NCBI GenBank assembly: GCA_030834445.1
Contig: JAURFC010000001.1
Location: 150,544-214,543 of the forward strand
Direction: 5' to 3'
Length of the DNA stretch: 64,000 nt
Source: Bacillota bacterium
GTDB taxonomy: Bacteria > Bacillota_I > Bacilli_A > RFN20 > CAG-826
The translations under genes were made by a program, and so were the position numbers. Shown here piece by piece: positions 17,960-28,397 of this stretch. The notes under the pieces are model-generated. The model was not told where the DNA came from. It ran no database searches and saw only the letters and a program-made list of their open reading frames with translations. Position 1 is the stretch's first letter, and each line of letters opens with the position of its first letter.

Positions 17960-20262
17960 TGGAACGTCACCACCGTGACACCATACCCGGCTTGTTCCCC
18001 TTCAGGTCCCCCGATTTTTATGACCCCTTCTTGTTGAGAAAAATAATCAAAAACGAGTTTTCGTAAGGTTCCGCTGCCAAAACCATGAATGATTTTTAAC
18101 GTTTTCAATTGACTTAAAATCGCTTGATCATGATAGTGTTCAATCGCTAATTTTGCTTCTTCATAGCGTAAACCAATTATATTAATCGAACTCGGTGCTT
18201 TTTTAAAAAATGGTTTCGTATTCTTTACTTTGACCGTTTTTTCTTGCGGGGGAGGAATGACTTCCAATCGAGAAGAATTCACCGAAACAGTTAAACCGTC
18301 CTCCGTAATCATCATCACTTTTTGTTTTTGAATAGCGATAATTTTACCACGAATCATCGTTTCTTGATCTTCCACATAATCATCCACTTCTAAATCGGGT
18401 GATGGGGCGGTTTCTTCGTGTTGACCGTCCTCATCGAGAAGGGCATCAAGTTCCGCTTTTAAGGCAATGGCTTCATGCAACTTTAATTCGGGATTCGCGA
18501 GTTGCTTGATGGTTTCATCTAACTTCTTTTTAACATTAAACATCGTAGTCTCATAGGCGACTTTGACATCCTCTTCTAAGGCAGCCCGTTTTTGTTGATA
18601 CGTTTGCCGCTCTTTTTCTAACGCTAATTGGGTTTGCTTTAATTCAGCTTGTAGGGTCCTCAAAGCTTCTTTTTCTCGATCATTTTCTGCGAGTTGTTCC
18701 TGTAATTTTTTTAAGGTTTTTTGTTCGGGGGTTTGTTCTTTTTCTAAAAGATATTTTTCAGCAAACTCCACAACTTTTGGGGCAAGTCCATAACGTTTCG
18801 CCATCACAAGTCCGTAACTCTTTCCCGGATAGCCAAGGCGAAATTGATACGTTGGTTGCAATTTTTCTTCGTCAAACACCAACGAAGCATTAATCATTCG
18901 CGGTTGTTCTAAAGCAAGCGTTTTTAATCCTGGAAAATGACTAGAAACGACGACAAAGGCACGTTTTGCTTGTAAATGTAAGAGTAAAGAACGAGCGAGT
19001 GCTTCCCCTTCTTGAGGATCGGTTCCCGTCCCTAATTCATCAATTAACACCAGATCAAAGGGTTTAACTTTTTCGGTTAGAGGAACGAGTTGGGTCATAT
19101 GGCCAGCAAAGGTAGATAAATTTTCTAAAACACTTTGCGTATCACCAATATCAGCATAGACATGGTGAAAGTACGAGAGCGTTGCCCGATCATCAGTTAA
19201 TAAAGGAATCGCAAGTTGATGAAAACATACACTAACCCCGATGGTTTTCATCGCCACGGTTTTCCCACCAGCATTTGGTCCAGAAATAATAATAATCGCT
19301 TGTTTTTCGGTGAGTTCGAAATCATTTTTAATAACTTTTTCTGGATCGATTAATAAGTGTCGGGCGCCTTTGAGTTTTAGCCCTGGTTCGGTAACCAGAA
19401 TGGACGCATGTCCTTCATGAACGATGCCAAAGCGTGCTTTGGCATGAAGATAATCCAGATAACCTAGCGTTTTATTATTGAGAGCAAGTGTATCTATATA
19501 CGGTTGAATGGTTTCCGTAAGTCCCGTTAAGATGACAAAGATTTCATCTTGTTCTGCCGCGAGTAACGCTTGTTTTTCTTGTTGGAGTTGCACGATAGGA
19601 AGGGGTTGAACAAAGGTCGTAAGACCAGTATCCGAAACATCTTCAATTACACCAGGAACTTTTTGTTTTTGGGAGGTAATAACCGGTAAGACATATTGAC
19701 CGTTGCGAACACTATAAGTGGATTCCGTCAGTGAACTCGCATAGGTGGAAACTAATTTTTGAATAAGCGCGACCATTTGCGCATCCATCCGCTTAAGTTG
19801 CTTACGAATCGAAAGTAACGCGGGAGAAGCATGATCCACAAGTTGTCCGCGATCATTTATTAAATTACGTATTTTTCCATAAACGCCATCGATGTAGTCT
19901 AAGGAGTCAATCCATTGTTCCACATGGGGAAAGGCAACTTTTAATGTTTTTTGAAAGTTCCCTAATTCTTCAATCATGACCCCATCAAGACGAAGGTGGT
20001 TTAAATCTTCTAGATGGAGCATTCGCCCTTTTTGTAAGGCGTGAAATAATTCACGTAACTCAGCGACTGGATAAATGGGCCATGAACCAAAACGACGGAG
20101 AAGTTGCATAGCTTCATCGAGTTCATGAAGTTTATCCGCGAGTTCTTCTGGACGAAAAAACGTGGTGCGAACACAAAGCTTTTTCCCTAACTCCGTCATT
20201 GCAAAGGGATGCAGACGATCAAGAATGGTCGGAAGATCTAAGATTTCTTCAATGGTTTTCAT
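17956..20262 (-). CDS. mutS2: Endonuclease MutS2 (start re-called to MKTIEEIL; the ORF-track start is an upstream TTG)
   Basis: MutS ATPase Walker A GPNAGGKT and C-terminal Smr domain; the ATG at 20262 gives a typical N-terminus. Confidence 0.9.
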   Translation of the reverse strand: MKTIEEILDLPTILDRLHPFAMTELGKKLCVRTTFFRPEELADKLHELDEAMQLLRRFGSWPIYPVAELRELFHALQKGRMLHLEDLNHLRLDGVMIEELGNFQKTLKVAFPHVEQWIDSLDYIDGVYGKIRNLINDRGQLVDHASPALLSIRKQLKRMDAQMVALIQKLVSTYASSLTESTYSVRNGQYVLPVITSQKQKVPGVIEDVSDTGLTTFVQPLPIVQLQQEKQALLAAEQDEIFVILTGLTETIQPYIDTLALNNKTLGYLDYLHAKARFGIVHEGHASILVTEPGLKLKGARHLLIDPEKVIKNDFELTEKQAIIIISGPNAGGKTVAMKTIGVSVCFHQLAIPLLTDDRATLSYFHHVYADIGDTQSVLENLSTFAGHMTQLVPLTEKVKPFDLVLIDELGTGTDPQEGEALARSLLLHLQAKRAFVVVSSHFPGLKTLALEQPRMINASLVFDEEKLQPTYQFRLGYPGKSYGLVMAKRYGLAPKVVEFAEKYLLEKEQTPEQKTLKKLQEQLAENDREKEALRTLQAELKQTQLALEKERQTYQQKRAALEEDVKVAYETTMFNVKKKLDETIKQLANPELKLHEAIALKAELDALLDEDGQHEETAPSPDLEVDDYVEDQETMIRGKIIAIQKQKVMMITEDGLTVSVNSSRLEVIPPPQEKTVKVKNTKPFFKKAPSSINIIGLRYEEAKLAIEHYHDQAILSQLKTLKIIHGFGSGTLRKLVFDYFSQQEGVIKIGGPEGEQAGYGVTVVTFQ

Positions 20263-20320
20263 CGTTATTAATATAGCATTCTTTCTTTCATTAATCGCGT
20301 TATAATAAGGCAATATCCTT

Positions 20321-21208
20321 ATGAAAAATTCGATTCAAACAATCACCTTTGATTTACCAAGCGATCGCGTGGTTGATTTCATGACGTTTTACCAGGCTGA
20401 TGCGCTCACACCGCCGACGCCTTTTCACCTTTTTTTTGCAAAATCCAATGGGCTGACCCTCTCGGTTTATCAGGCTAAAAAAGGTGTTTCGCGCGTGGTC
20501 ATTCAAGGCGAGGGAGCCAAAACCGAATCCTTGTTGTGGATCGTAGAAAAAGAAACATCGTCTCACGGTGGCAGTGACGAAGTAGGAACAGGCGATTTTT
20601 TTGGACCGATTGTGGTGGTTGCGAGTTATGTAGATGTAACACTAATGAAGGAACTTTCAACCCTCGGTATCAAAGATTCAAAACAACTTGATGATTCGTG
20701 GATGAAGTCAATTGCCTCGACGTTAGCATCGCGTATTCCGCATGTGACGGTAGTCATCCATCCTCAGAAATATGCAGCGATGATTGCCAAAGGTATGAAC
20801 ATGAACCACATTAAAGCGGCAATGCATCATAAAGCGATTTCCACCTTAAAGCAACGTTATCCTTATGATCATCCCACCATCATCGACCAGTTTGCAACGG
20901 ATGCAAGTATGCATCGTTATTTAAAAAATCTCCCAGTTATACCACGATTACAATGGTTTGAAAAAGCAGAAAACAATTATATGGCGGTAGCAGTCAGTTC
21001 CATTCTTGCTCGCGTGCGTTTTCTTGAAGAAATACAAGCGTTGAATGAACAATTCCATACGACCATTCCGTTAGGTGCAAGTCAAAAAGTGGAAGATTTT
21101 GCGGTTCAATTTGCGCAAATTCATGGCATCGAACAATTAAAATCACTCGTAAAAATTAATTTTTCAACGTTTCAACGCGTCGAGTCCATCGTGACGAAGC
21201 GTCCATAA
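20321..21208 (+). CDS. rnhC: Ribonuclease HIII
   Basis: N-terminal TBP-like domain followed by RNase HII-like catalytic core (GSDEVGTGDFFGP). Confidence 0.85.
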   Translation: MKNSIQTITFDLPSDRVVDFMTFYQADALTPPTPFHLFFAKSNGLTLSVYQAKKGVSRVVIQGEGAKTESLLWIVEKETSSHGGSDEVGTGDFFGPIVVVASYVDVTLMKELSTLGIKDSKQLDDSWMKSIASTLASRIPHVTVVIHPQKYAAMIAKGMNMNHIKAAMHHKAISTLKQRYPYDHPTIIDQFATDASMHRYLKNLPVIPRLQWFEKAENNYMAVAVSSILARVRFLEEIQALNEQFHTTIPLGASQKVEDFAVQFAQIHGIEQLKSLVKINFSTFQRVESIVTKRP

Positions 21209-22144
21209 TATCTTTTCAAAATAATCAGGAAGTGCTGTCTTCACAACCACTGTTTCTTGTGTCATTGGATGGATAAATTCAAGTTGATACGCATGTAATA
21301 GTTGTCCTAAATGATGAAGTTGGACAAATCCTTTTGCATAGACAGGATCACTTTCAATAGGATGCTGAATGAATTGCATATGGACACGAATTTGATGCGT
21401 TCTTCCTGTTTCAAGACGACACTCAATCAGCGTATGTTTTTCAAAGCGTTCAAGCACCACAAAATGCGTCGTTGCTTCTTTGCCTTCGGCAAGAACATCC
21501 ATCGCTTGCCGATCTTCAGGATCGCGACCAATCGGAGCGATAATGGTGCCTTTTTCTTCGGTTATCACACCATGTACCAACGCGCGATAGGTTCGTTGAA
21601 TGGCGTGATTTTTTAATTGTTCTGCTAAGCGTACGTGCGCCTCATCATGTTTAGCAACAAGCAATAATCCAGATGTATCCTTATCAATTCGGTGGACAAT
21701 TCCCGGGCGCATAACCCCATTAATCCCACTCCAAGAAGTGCGGTAATGAAGTAAGGCATTCACCAATGTCCCGGTGTAATGTCCCGGCGCAGGATGAACC
21801 ACAAGGCCTTGCGGTTTATTGACGACGAGTAAGTGTTCATCTTCATACACAATCTCCAAAGGGATTGCTTCGGGTTGAATGACGGAGGGAACAGCTTCCC
21901 AGGGGTACACTTCGATCTGATCGTGAAGTTTTAAGCGATGACTGGGTTTGGTTGGCGTATGATTGACATGAATTTTATCGGTTTTAATCCATTGTTCAAG
22001 ATGGGAACGGGAATAGTCTACAAGATGCTCCACTAAAAATTTATCCAAACGAAAACCAACATATTCTGACGTAATGAAAAATGTATGGAGTGGTTTATCC
22101 ACGTTGCTTTGTCCCCATTTTCCCTTCCAAGACGGAGAGGACAA
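21164..22144 (-). CDS. rluD: 23S rRNA pseudouridine synthase RluD family (true start probably about 15-20 codons downstream; the annotated start overlaps lspA by 50 nt)
   Basis: S4 domain (GFRLDKFL) and catalytic HRIDKDTSGLLL. Confidence 0.85.
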   Translation of the reverse strand: MSSPSWKGKWGQSNVDKPLHTFFITSEYVGFRLDKFLVEHLVDYSRSHLEQWIKTDKIHVNHTPTKPSHRLKLHDQIEVYPWEAVPSVIQPEAIPLEIVYEDEHLLVVNKPQGLVVHPAPGHYTGTLVNALLHYRTSWSGINGVMRPGIVHRIDKDTSGLLLVAKHDEAHVRLAEQLKNHAIQRTYRALVHGVITEEKGTIIAPIGRDPEDRQAMDVLAEGKEATTHFVVLERFEKHTLIECRLETGRTHQIRVHMQFIQHPIESDPVYAKGFVQLHHLGQLLHAYQLEFIHPMTQETVVVKTALPDYFEKILWTLRHDGLDALKR

Positions 22145-22607
22145 TTAGGCCAATAACTCCTAAGGTTAACCCGATATCGGCAACGTTAAACGTCGGAAAA
22201 ATATAATCTCCAAAGTGAAAGGATAAAAAATCAATAACGCCTTCTTCATAGAAAGCGCGATCGATAAAATTCCCCCATGTTCCTGATAAAAATAAGCTAA
22301 TCGAAAGATGATGCCAACGATCAAACGTAGTGTAATTTTTGAGATACATATATCCAAAGCCAATACCTACGGCAAAAGAAATCATCGCTAAGAGAGGTAA
22401 TTGCCCCGCAAACAAGGACCACGCTGCACCGGTATTCCTTGAATAGGTAAGGTAGAAGAAATTAGGAATAACGGTGAGATTGACGTTGGTTGATGCGGCC
22501 CAAATTTTGGTCCCATAATCAAGTAAAAACCAAGCTAAAAAGAACCAACCATAACCTTCTTTAAACCAAGATTTGATATTATTTTTCATCACGAATGACA
22601 CGGACAC
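22095..22607 (-). CDS. lspA: Lipoprotein signal peptidase II
   Basis: 170 aa, four TM helices, conserved NTGAAWS / FNVADIGLTLG motifs. Confidence 0.9.
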   Translation of the reverse strand: MSVSFVMKNNIKSWFKEGYGWFFLAWFLLDYGTKIWAASTNVNLTVIPNFFYLTYSRNTGAAWSLFAGQLPLLAMISFAVGIGFGYMYLKNYTTFDRWHHLSISLFLSGTWGNFIDRAFYEEGVIDFLSFHFGDYIFPTFNVADIGLTLGVIGLIVLSVLEGKMGTKQRG

Positions 22608-25299
22608 AGCGTTCGCAAACGTGGCCTTCCTCCCATGAAACTAATTGCGAAAAGTAATTCCAACAACGCGGACATTTTTCACCATGGGAAGCGTGAGCTT
22701 CAACATGAATGTTCGTGGCTTTTTCAACATCTAATTGGGACACAATGAACAAGCGATTCCGTTCACGAACGTCCAAGGATTGTAAATGCTTAAACATCGC
22801 TTCAGGAACCTTTAATTTGACGTTCGCTTCTAAGGAAGAGCCAATCGTTCCTTCCGATCGTAAGGTTTCTAACGTTTTACTAACATGACTACGTGTTTCA
22901 TAAAATTGGGCTAAGGTTTCCACTTCTTCACATTCTCCTCCGCGGGGGAATGCAAGTAATTGACTGGATGCAACGGGTTTCTGAGGCCATGTTTGATACA
23001 CTTCTTCCATGGTAAAAGGAAGAATTGGTGTTAATAGTACCGTTAAATCATGAACCAATCGATATAGGACATGGAGCACTTGTAATCGACGCACACTCGT
23101 CTTTGCTTCACAATACAAAATATCTTTGACAATATCTAAATAAAACGACGATAAATCTTGGGTTAAAAAGGTCGTGATTTCACTCGTTGCTTCGGCAAAA
23201 TTATACGCATCCATAGCGTGTTGATAACGGTGAACAACCGCCTCAAGCTTGGCGATCATTAAATGATCAATCCAGGCAAAATCGGTAACCGGATACGCTT
23301 CCGGCGTGAAGGGTTCTTCGCCCACCCATAAATTTCCGAGCATGAACTTGAAGGTATTACGGATTTTTCGGTACATGTCGGCGTTCCCTTTAAAAATTTC
23401 TTCGGATGCACGTGCATCGGCGGTAAAATCGATCGATGTGGCCCACAACCGCATAATATCCGCCCCATAGACTTGCATCATCTTTAAGGGATCGATACCA
23501 TTGCCTTTGGATTTCGACATCTTTTCGCCTTTTCCGTCTACGACGAACCCGTGAGAAACAATCGCTTGGTAGGGAGAAACGCCTTCGGTGGCAATGGCAA
23601 TGATTAAGGATGAATTAAACCAACCACGATATTGATCAGAACCTTCTAAGTACAAGTCAGCAGGAAACTTCATGCCACGTTGTTTTAACACGGCAAGCGA
23701 ACTTGATCCTGAGTCAAACCAGACATCCATGATGTCGGTTTCTTTTTTAAATTGTCCGCTGGGAGATAAGGGAGATTGATACCCTGGGGGTAATAAATCC
23801 TTTGGTTCTTTTTCAAACCATACCCGACTTCCATGTGTTTTAAATAAGGATTGAATATGGTTAAAGACCGCTTCTTCCATAATCGGTGTGCCATCTTCGT
23901 GATAAATAATGGGAATCGGAACACCCCATGCGCGTTGACGAGAAATACACCAGTCCCCGCGATCTTTAATCATATTATGTATGCGTTGTTCACCCCACTT
24001 AGGTGTCCACTGAACCTTGGCAATCGCGTCTAATAATTCCTGACGAATCGGATCGATGGATGCAAACCATTGCGGCGTTGCTCGATAAATAAGCGGTTTT
24101 CCCGTGCGCCAATCATGCGGATAACTATGCGGATAAGGAATATCCGCGAGTAAATGACCCGACGCCGTTAAGGTCGTTAAAACCCATTGATTCGCATCGG
24201 TGTAAAATAACCCTGCTAAGCCTTCGCCCGCTTCTTCAGTCATAACCCCTTTACTATCGACCGGACATAACGGTGGTAAATGATATTTTTGTCCGACGAT
24301 AAAATCTTCTTCACCGTGACCCGGTGCGGTATGAACAAAACCGGTCCCCGCTTCCAAGGTGACATGGTCGCCTAAAATCATTAGGGACGTTCTTTCATAA
24401 AAAGGATGTTGGCACGTCACTGCTTCCAGTGTTTTTCCTTGAATGGTATCTAATAACGTCACCGGACCAAGATCACAGGCTTTGGCAACCGCATCCACTA
24501 AACCGACTGCAAGAACGAGTTTTCCTCGTTTGGTTTCATACACACCATACTCAAAATCAGGATGCGCCGAAATGGCAAGGTTAGCAGGAAGAGTCCACGG
24601 GGTTGTGGTCCAAATAACCACACGGGCGTCAGCAGGCAGTACGCCCTTACCATCGACGACATCAAAGGTCACATAAATGGAGTGATCAACGACATCTTCA
24701 TACACAATTTCTGCTTCAGCAAGCGCAGACTCACTGCTGGGTGACCAATAAACGGGTTTTAACCCTTTGTAAATAAGTCCTTTCATCGCCATTTTGGCAA
24801 AGACGGCAATTTGTTCTGCTTCATATTCGGGTTGTAAGGTTAAATACGGATTTTCCATATCCCCCACGACACCCAATCGTTGCAGTTGTTCTTTTTGGCG
24901 TTGCACTTGGGAGCGGGCAAACGCATCGCAATGTTCGCGAAATTCCGCAACCGACATCGTTTTACGGTTCACCCCTTTTTTGGCTAAATAATTTTCAATC
25001 GGTAAACCATGGGTATCCCAGCCAAACACAAAGGGAACCTTATAACCCCGCAAGTGTTTATAACGGACGGTCGTATCTTTCAATAAACGATTTAACATAT
25101 GCCCCACATGAGTATCGCCGTTGGCATACGGCGGCCCATCATGCAGTTGGAATTCTTCGGCATCCGCACGTTGGGCGAGCATCATCTCATAAAGACGAAT
25201 CGACGTCCAATACGCAATCGTATTTGGTTCTTTGATCGGCAAATTCGCCTTCATATCGAAGGTATTTTTCGGCATTAATAAGGTTTGTTTTAAGTCCAT
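22579..25299 (-). CDS. ileS: Isoleucine--tRNA ligase
   Basis: 906 aa, HVGHMLN (HIGH-class) and KMSKSKGN motifs, C-terminal Zn finger CPRCW...CERC. Confidence 0.97.
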   Translation of the reverse strand: MDLKQTLLMPKNTFDMKANLPIKEPNTIAYWTSIRLYEMMLAQRADAEEFQLHDGPPYANGDTHVGHMLNRLLKDTTVRYKHLRGYKVPFVFGWDTHGLPIENYLAKKGVNRKTMSVAEFREHCDAFARSQVQRQKEQLQRLGVVGDMENPYLTLQPEYEAEQIAVFAKMAMKGLIYKGLKPVYWSPSSESALAEAEIVYEDVVDHSIYVTFDVVDGKGVLPADARVVIWTTTPWTLPANLAISAHPDFEYGVYETKRGKLVLAVGLVDAVAKACDLGPVTLLDTIQGKTLEAVTCQHPFYERTSLMILGDHVTLEAGTGFVHTAPGHGEEDFIVGQKYHLPPLCPVDSKGVMTEEAGEGLAGLFYTDANQWVLTTLTASGHLLADIPYPHSYPHDWRTGKPLIYRATPQWFASIDPIRQELLDAIAKVQWTPKWGEQRIHNMIKDRGDWCISRQRAWGVPIPIIYHEDGTPIMEEAVFNHIQSLFKTHGSRVWFEKEPKDLLPPGYQSPLSPSGQFKKETDIMDVWFDSGSSSLAVLKQRGMKFPADLYLEGSDQYRGWFNSSLIIAIATEGVSPYQAIVSHGFVVDGKGEKMSKSKGNGIDPLKMMQVYGADIMRLWATSIDFTADARASEEIFKGNADMYRKIRNTFKFMLGNLWVGEEPFTPEAYPVTDFAWIDHLMIAKLEAVVHRYQHAMDAYNFAEATSEITTFLTQDLSSFYLDIVKDILYCEAKTSVRRLQVLHVLYRLVHDLTVLLTPILPFTMEEVYQTWPQKPVASSQLLAFPRGGECEEVETLAQFYETRSHVSKTLETLRSEGTIGSSLEANVKLKVPEAMFKHLQSLDVRERNRLFIVSQLDVEKATNIHVEAHASHGEKCPRCWNYFSQLVSWEEGHVCERCVRVIRDEK

Positions 25300-25566
25300 A
25301 CAGCCTCCTTATAAAACAAAAACGTCCTCATGCAAGGACGTAAAGTTACGCGGTACCACCTTGTTTCATTCTTGACAGAATGCGCTTCATGCATCGATAA
25401 CGGGATGACCGGTGTTCCTACTTTCGTTCAGTTCACTCTCCGAAGGGATAATCTTAATCAGGTGTTCGCTTTCACTCTCCGAACTCGCTTGTTAGGGGAC
25501 TAAGACCGTGTCTTCATCAACGATTTAGCAACATCACTATAGCATAGATTTATGAACGCGCAAACC
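25300..25566 (-). promoter_or_regulatory. ileS promoter (TTGCGC-N17-TATAGT) plus T-box riboswitch leader
   Basis: Minus-sense GGTGGTACCGCG T-box motif (plus-strand cgcggtaccacc around 25348-25362) followed by terminator hairpin CGTCCT-TGCATG-AGGACG plus T-run. Confidence 0.85.
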
Positions 25567-26697
25567 TTAGGATAATTTCTTTCCGTTAAAAAAAGAAGGG
25601 AGTAAATCATCATCGTCTTCTTCTGGGATGATCGATGTTTCTTCTTCCTCTACCGGTTCTAGTAAACTTGGGGCTTTATCCTCACTGGCAGGTGTAGATA
25701 GTGGTTTTTTATATTGCGGAACATTCGTGTAGTCATATTCTTCCGGGAAATCTGCCGCAATGACTGAAACTAGGATTTGATCCGTGAGTTGATCATTGAT
25801 ATTGACCCCAAATTTAATATCGAGGTTAGTGCCTGCAATTTCGCGAATGCGTTCGACCGTTTCTTGCGCCTCATACAGCGAAACCAGCGGACCACACGTG
25901 ACGGCAACAATCGCTTTGCGCGCGCCATTTAGACTCGATTCTAATAATGGGGAACTAATCGCGCTTTGTGCAGCATCAAATGCTTTATTCGCGCCTTGAC
26001 CCATGCCAAAACCGATGAGAGAAATGCCTGAATTTTTTAAGACATTGCGCACATCCGAGAAATCTAAATTGATGACCGAGGGCATTAAAATAAGATCGGT
26101 GACGGTTTTAACGGATTGGGCAAGAACATCATCGGCCATTTTAAAGGCTTGACCAATAGGTTGATTGCCCGAGGATAAAAGAAGTTTATCGTTACTGACA
26201 ATAATGATGGCATCGACAGCATCTTTGAGTTCGTTGAGTCCACGAACCGAATTGGCAATGCGTCCTTTTCCTTCAAATGTAAAAGGTCGAGTCACAATGG
26301 CGACGGTGAGCGCTTTCGCTTCACGGGCAATCGCGGCAATCACGGGTGCTGCCCCCGTCCCGGTTCCGCCTCCCATTCCTGCGGCAATAAACACCATATT
26401 GGCACCACGCACAATCTCTGCAATTTCTTCTTTGGATTCTTCAGCGGCGAGTTTTCCCACATCAGGACTTCCTCCTGCCCCTAATCCCCCTGTGGTTTTT
26501 TCACCTAACACAAGACGGTTTTTGGACGCCGAAGTTTGTAAGACTTGTTTATCCGTATTGGCAACATAAAACTCGACATGGGAAATATTTTCTTCGAGCA
26601 TTCGATTGACGGCATTATTGCCTGCCCCGCCGACGCCAATGACAACAATACGTGCGGTTGGATCATAATTGTCTAATAAATTTTTATCTTTACTCAT
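25567..26697 (-). CDS. ftsZ: Cell division protein FtsZ
   Basis: Tubulin signature GGGTGTGAAP; 376 aa with acidic C-terminal tail. Confidence 0.97.
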   Translation of the reverse strand: MSKDKNLLDNYDPTARIVVIGVGGAGNNAVNRMLEENISHVEFYVANTDKQVLQTSASKNRLVLGEKTTGGLGAGGSPDVGKLAAEESKEEIAEIVRGANMVFIAAGMGGGTGTGAAPVIAAIAREAKALTVAIVTRPFTFEGKGRIANSVRGLNELKDAVDAIIIVSNDKLLLSSGNQPIGQAFKMADDVLAQSVKTVTDLILMPSVINLDFSDVRNVLKNSGISLIGFGMGQGANKAFDAAQSAISSPLLESSLNGARKAIVAVTCGPLVSLYEAQETVERIREIAGTNLDIKFGVNINDQLTDQILVSVIAADFPEEYDYTNVPQYKKPLSTPASEDKAPSLLEPVEEEETSIIPEEDDDDLLPSFFNGKKLS

Positions 26698-26714
26698 TCG
26701 ATAACCCTCCTTGG

Positions 26715-27938
26715 TTATTCTTCATCATAGTTGGTAAAATTTCGCTTCTGAGATGAAAGTTCACGGGTGATGGAGATGGGACGACGAACATCATCTTCAA
26801 TGAGGCGATAACGATGGGCAAACCGAAGTCCACCTAAAGTCGACATCGACTTCAGGGTGCGAGCACCAACGGTTTTGATAAAGGGTTTTTGTACACCTTG
26901 ACCTAAACCAATCGATGCAAAAAGGGTTTCTATCCCCATCAGCTGAGAGCCACCTCCGACAAAATATATCGGCAAATCACGTAAATCTTGCAGGCGTTGA
27001 TCGACATCGACATGCGCGAGTGCGTCATTGGCTTCTTCAATAAAAGGTTCATAAAACTCTTGTAGTGCTTGGTTAAGGGCGTCTTGCCGAATCGTGATGC
27101 CATCGTCAGCGTAAACAAGCCCATTAAAGAGCGGTTCACGGGATTCATACCCAAATTTTTCTTTAAGTTGACGGGCTTTTTCTAAACTGAGTCCAAACCG
27201 TGTCGACAAATAACTGGTGAGTTGTTCCGCGCCGGTTTCTAGCATGATGGTATGAATCAATTGATGTTGCGAAATTAAATGGACACTGGTCGCATTGGCA
27301 CCATGGTCCATAATCCAATACGCCGAATGCATATCTTTATGATGGCTTAAAAATAAATCAGCCATGCCTTGACCATCTAATAAAAACCGTTTCACCGGCA
27401 TTTGAATCATCGTAAAGATACCTTGCAGGGCTTCAAAAAATGATTGGGAAATGTATTGAACGTACGCTTGCAGCAGAATGTTTGACGTAATTTCCCCAAT
27501 GGGCGGATTAATCGATACTTTTTGGCCATCAATCGTATAAGCAACGGGAACTAAACACACTTGCGCAAAGGGCCCTTTCACCACTTCTTTTTGAAACATC
27601 GAATGAAGATTTTGAATATCCATCGGATGAATGGATCCATGGGGATCGACGGTATTTGTCGTTTTTTCACCATGAAACACATTCAATTGATAACTCGGAA
27701 TCACAACTTCAATGTGGTGTAACGGAAAGCCCATATGCGTTTCCATATCGGTGACAAGGCGTTTAATGGTCGTCGCTAGAATTTGAGGATTTAAAATCGT
27801 ATCCCCTTGAAAAACAGGAAGATACACTGACTGCATCGTATGTAAAATTACTGGACGTGACGACAACTCATAACCCACCAGTGCTTTTACACTGCCGCTG
27901 CCAATATCTAAAACAAGAATGGGTTGATCGTTTTTCAT
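26715..27938 (-). CDS. ftsA: Cell division protein FtsA (start re-called to MKNDQPILVLDIGSGSVKA; the ORF-track 433 aa is over-extended)
   Basis: Actin-fold phosphate-1 motif LDIGSGS within the first 15 aa; the ATG overlaps the stop of the upstream small ORF (TAATG). Confidence 0.9.
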   Translation of the reverse strand: MKNDQPILVLDIGSGSVKALVGYELSSRPVILHTMQSVYLPVFQGDTILNPQILATTIKRLVTDMETHMGFPLHHIEVVIPSYQLNVFHGEKTTNTVDPHGSIHPMDIQNLHSMFQKEVVKGPFAQVCLVPVAYTIDGQKVSINPPIGEITSNILLQAYVQYISQSFFEALQGIFTMIQMPVKRFLLDGQGMADLFLSHHKDMHSAYWIMDHGANATSVHLISQHQLIHTIMLETGAEQLTSYLSTRFGLSLEKARQLKEKFGYESREPLFNGLVYADDGITIRQDALNQALQEFYEPFIEEANDALAHVDVDQRLQDLRDLPIYFVGGGSQLMGIETLFASIGLGQGVQKPFIKTVGARTLKSMSTLGGLRFAHRYRLIEDDVRRPISITRELSSQKRNFTNYDEE

Positions 27939-28114
27939 TACTGAATAATTAGGGATAACGGGGTGAATAAATAAAGTAACAATAATGCGTTTGCAACAAA
28001 AAAGACGCTCCACCAAAAGGTTCGTTGTTGTTGAAGTTGTGTTTTCTTAGCAATGAGTTCTTCAGAAAAGAGGCGTTCTAATTGCTGTGTGTCTAAAAAA
28101 GTGGTTGATTTCAT
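27938..28114 (-). CDS. Candidate 58-aa tail-anchored membrane protein (MKSTTFLDTQQLERLFSEELIAKKTQLQQQRTFWWSVFFVANALLLLYLFTPLSLIIQ), stop overlapping the ftsA ATG
   Basis: RBS AAGGAGA 5 nt upstream of the ATG at 28114; TAATG overlap with ftsA; short predicted coiled-coil N-terminus and C-terminal TM helix; not in the ORF track (<60 aa). Confidence 0.5.
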   Translation of the reverse strand: MKSTTFLDTQQLERLFSEELIAKKTQLQQQRTFWWSVFFVANALLLLYLFTPLSLIIQ

Positions 28115-28124
28115 AACGTTCTCC

Positions 28125-28397
28125 TTATTTCTTTTCTAATGCAATGTTATCGATATATTCTAAAAAACCTGAAGGTGTTTCACTGGATGTAGTTTCTGAA
28201 CTCGTCACCAAAATTTCTGACGAGGATGAGACCGAACTCATGTTATCTTCACTGGAAAATGCACCCACATCTAAGGTGAAAGGAACCACAATTGCGATGA
28301 AGGCTAGTGCCAACGATAAACTGACCGTGCTTAAGCGACGCAATTGGTAATACGAACGCTTACGGTGGTTTTTAAACAATTTATGCTTCATACGCAA
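28125..28397 (-). CDS. Small bitopic membrane protein, 90 aa (basic N-terminus, one TM, Ser/Thr-rich exterior), in the FtsL position of the dcw cluster
   Basis: Overlaps the rsmH stop by 17 nt and sits 10 nt upstream of orf58; topology is like FtsL/DivIC but without an obvious coiled coil. Confidence 0.6.
   Translation of the reverse strand: MRMKHKLFKNHRKRSYYQLRRLSTVSLSLALAFIAIVVPFTLDVGAFSSEDNMSSVSSSSEILVTSSETTSSETPSGFLEYIDNIALEKK

Noticed and set aside
20314-20320. Apparent 7-bp divergent spacing between mutS2 and rnhC
   Set aside because: It is an artefact of the ORF track using an upstream TTG; MutS2 most likely starts at the ATG at 20262, leaving a normal 58-bp divergent promoter region.
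26165-26569. 134-aa Pro/Ala-rich ORF on the plus strand inside ftsZ
   Set aside because: It is the antisense frame of the Gly-rich FtsZ core and lies entirely within a conserved gene, so it is a spurious mirror ORF.
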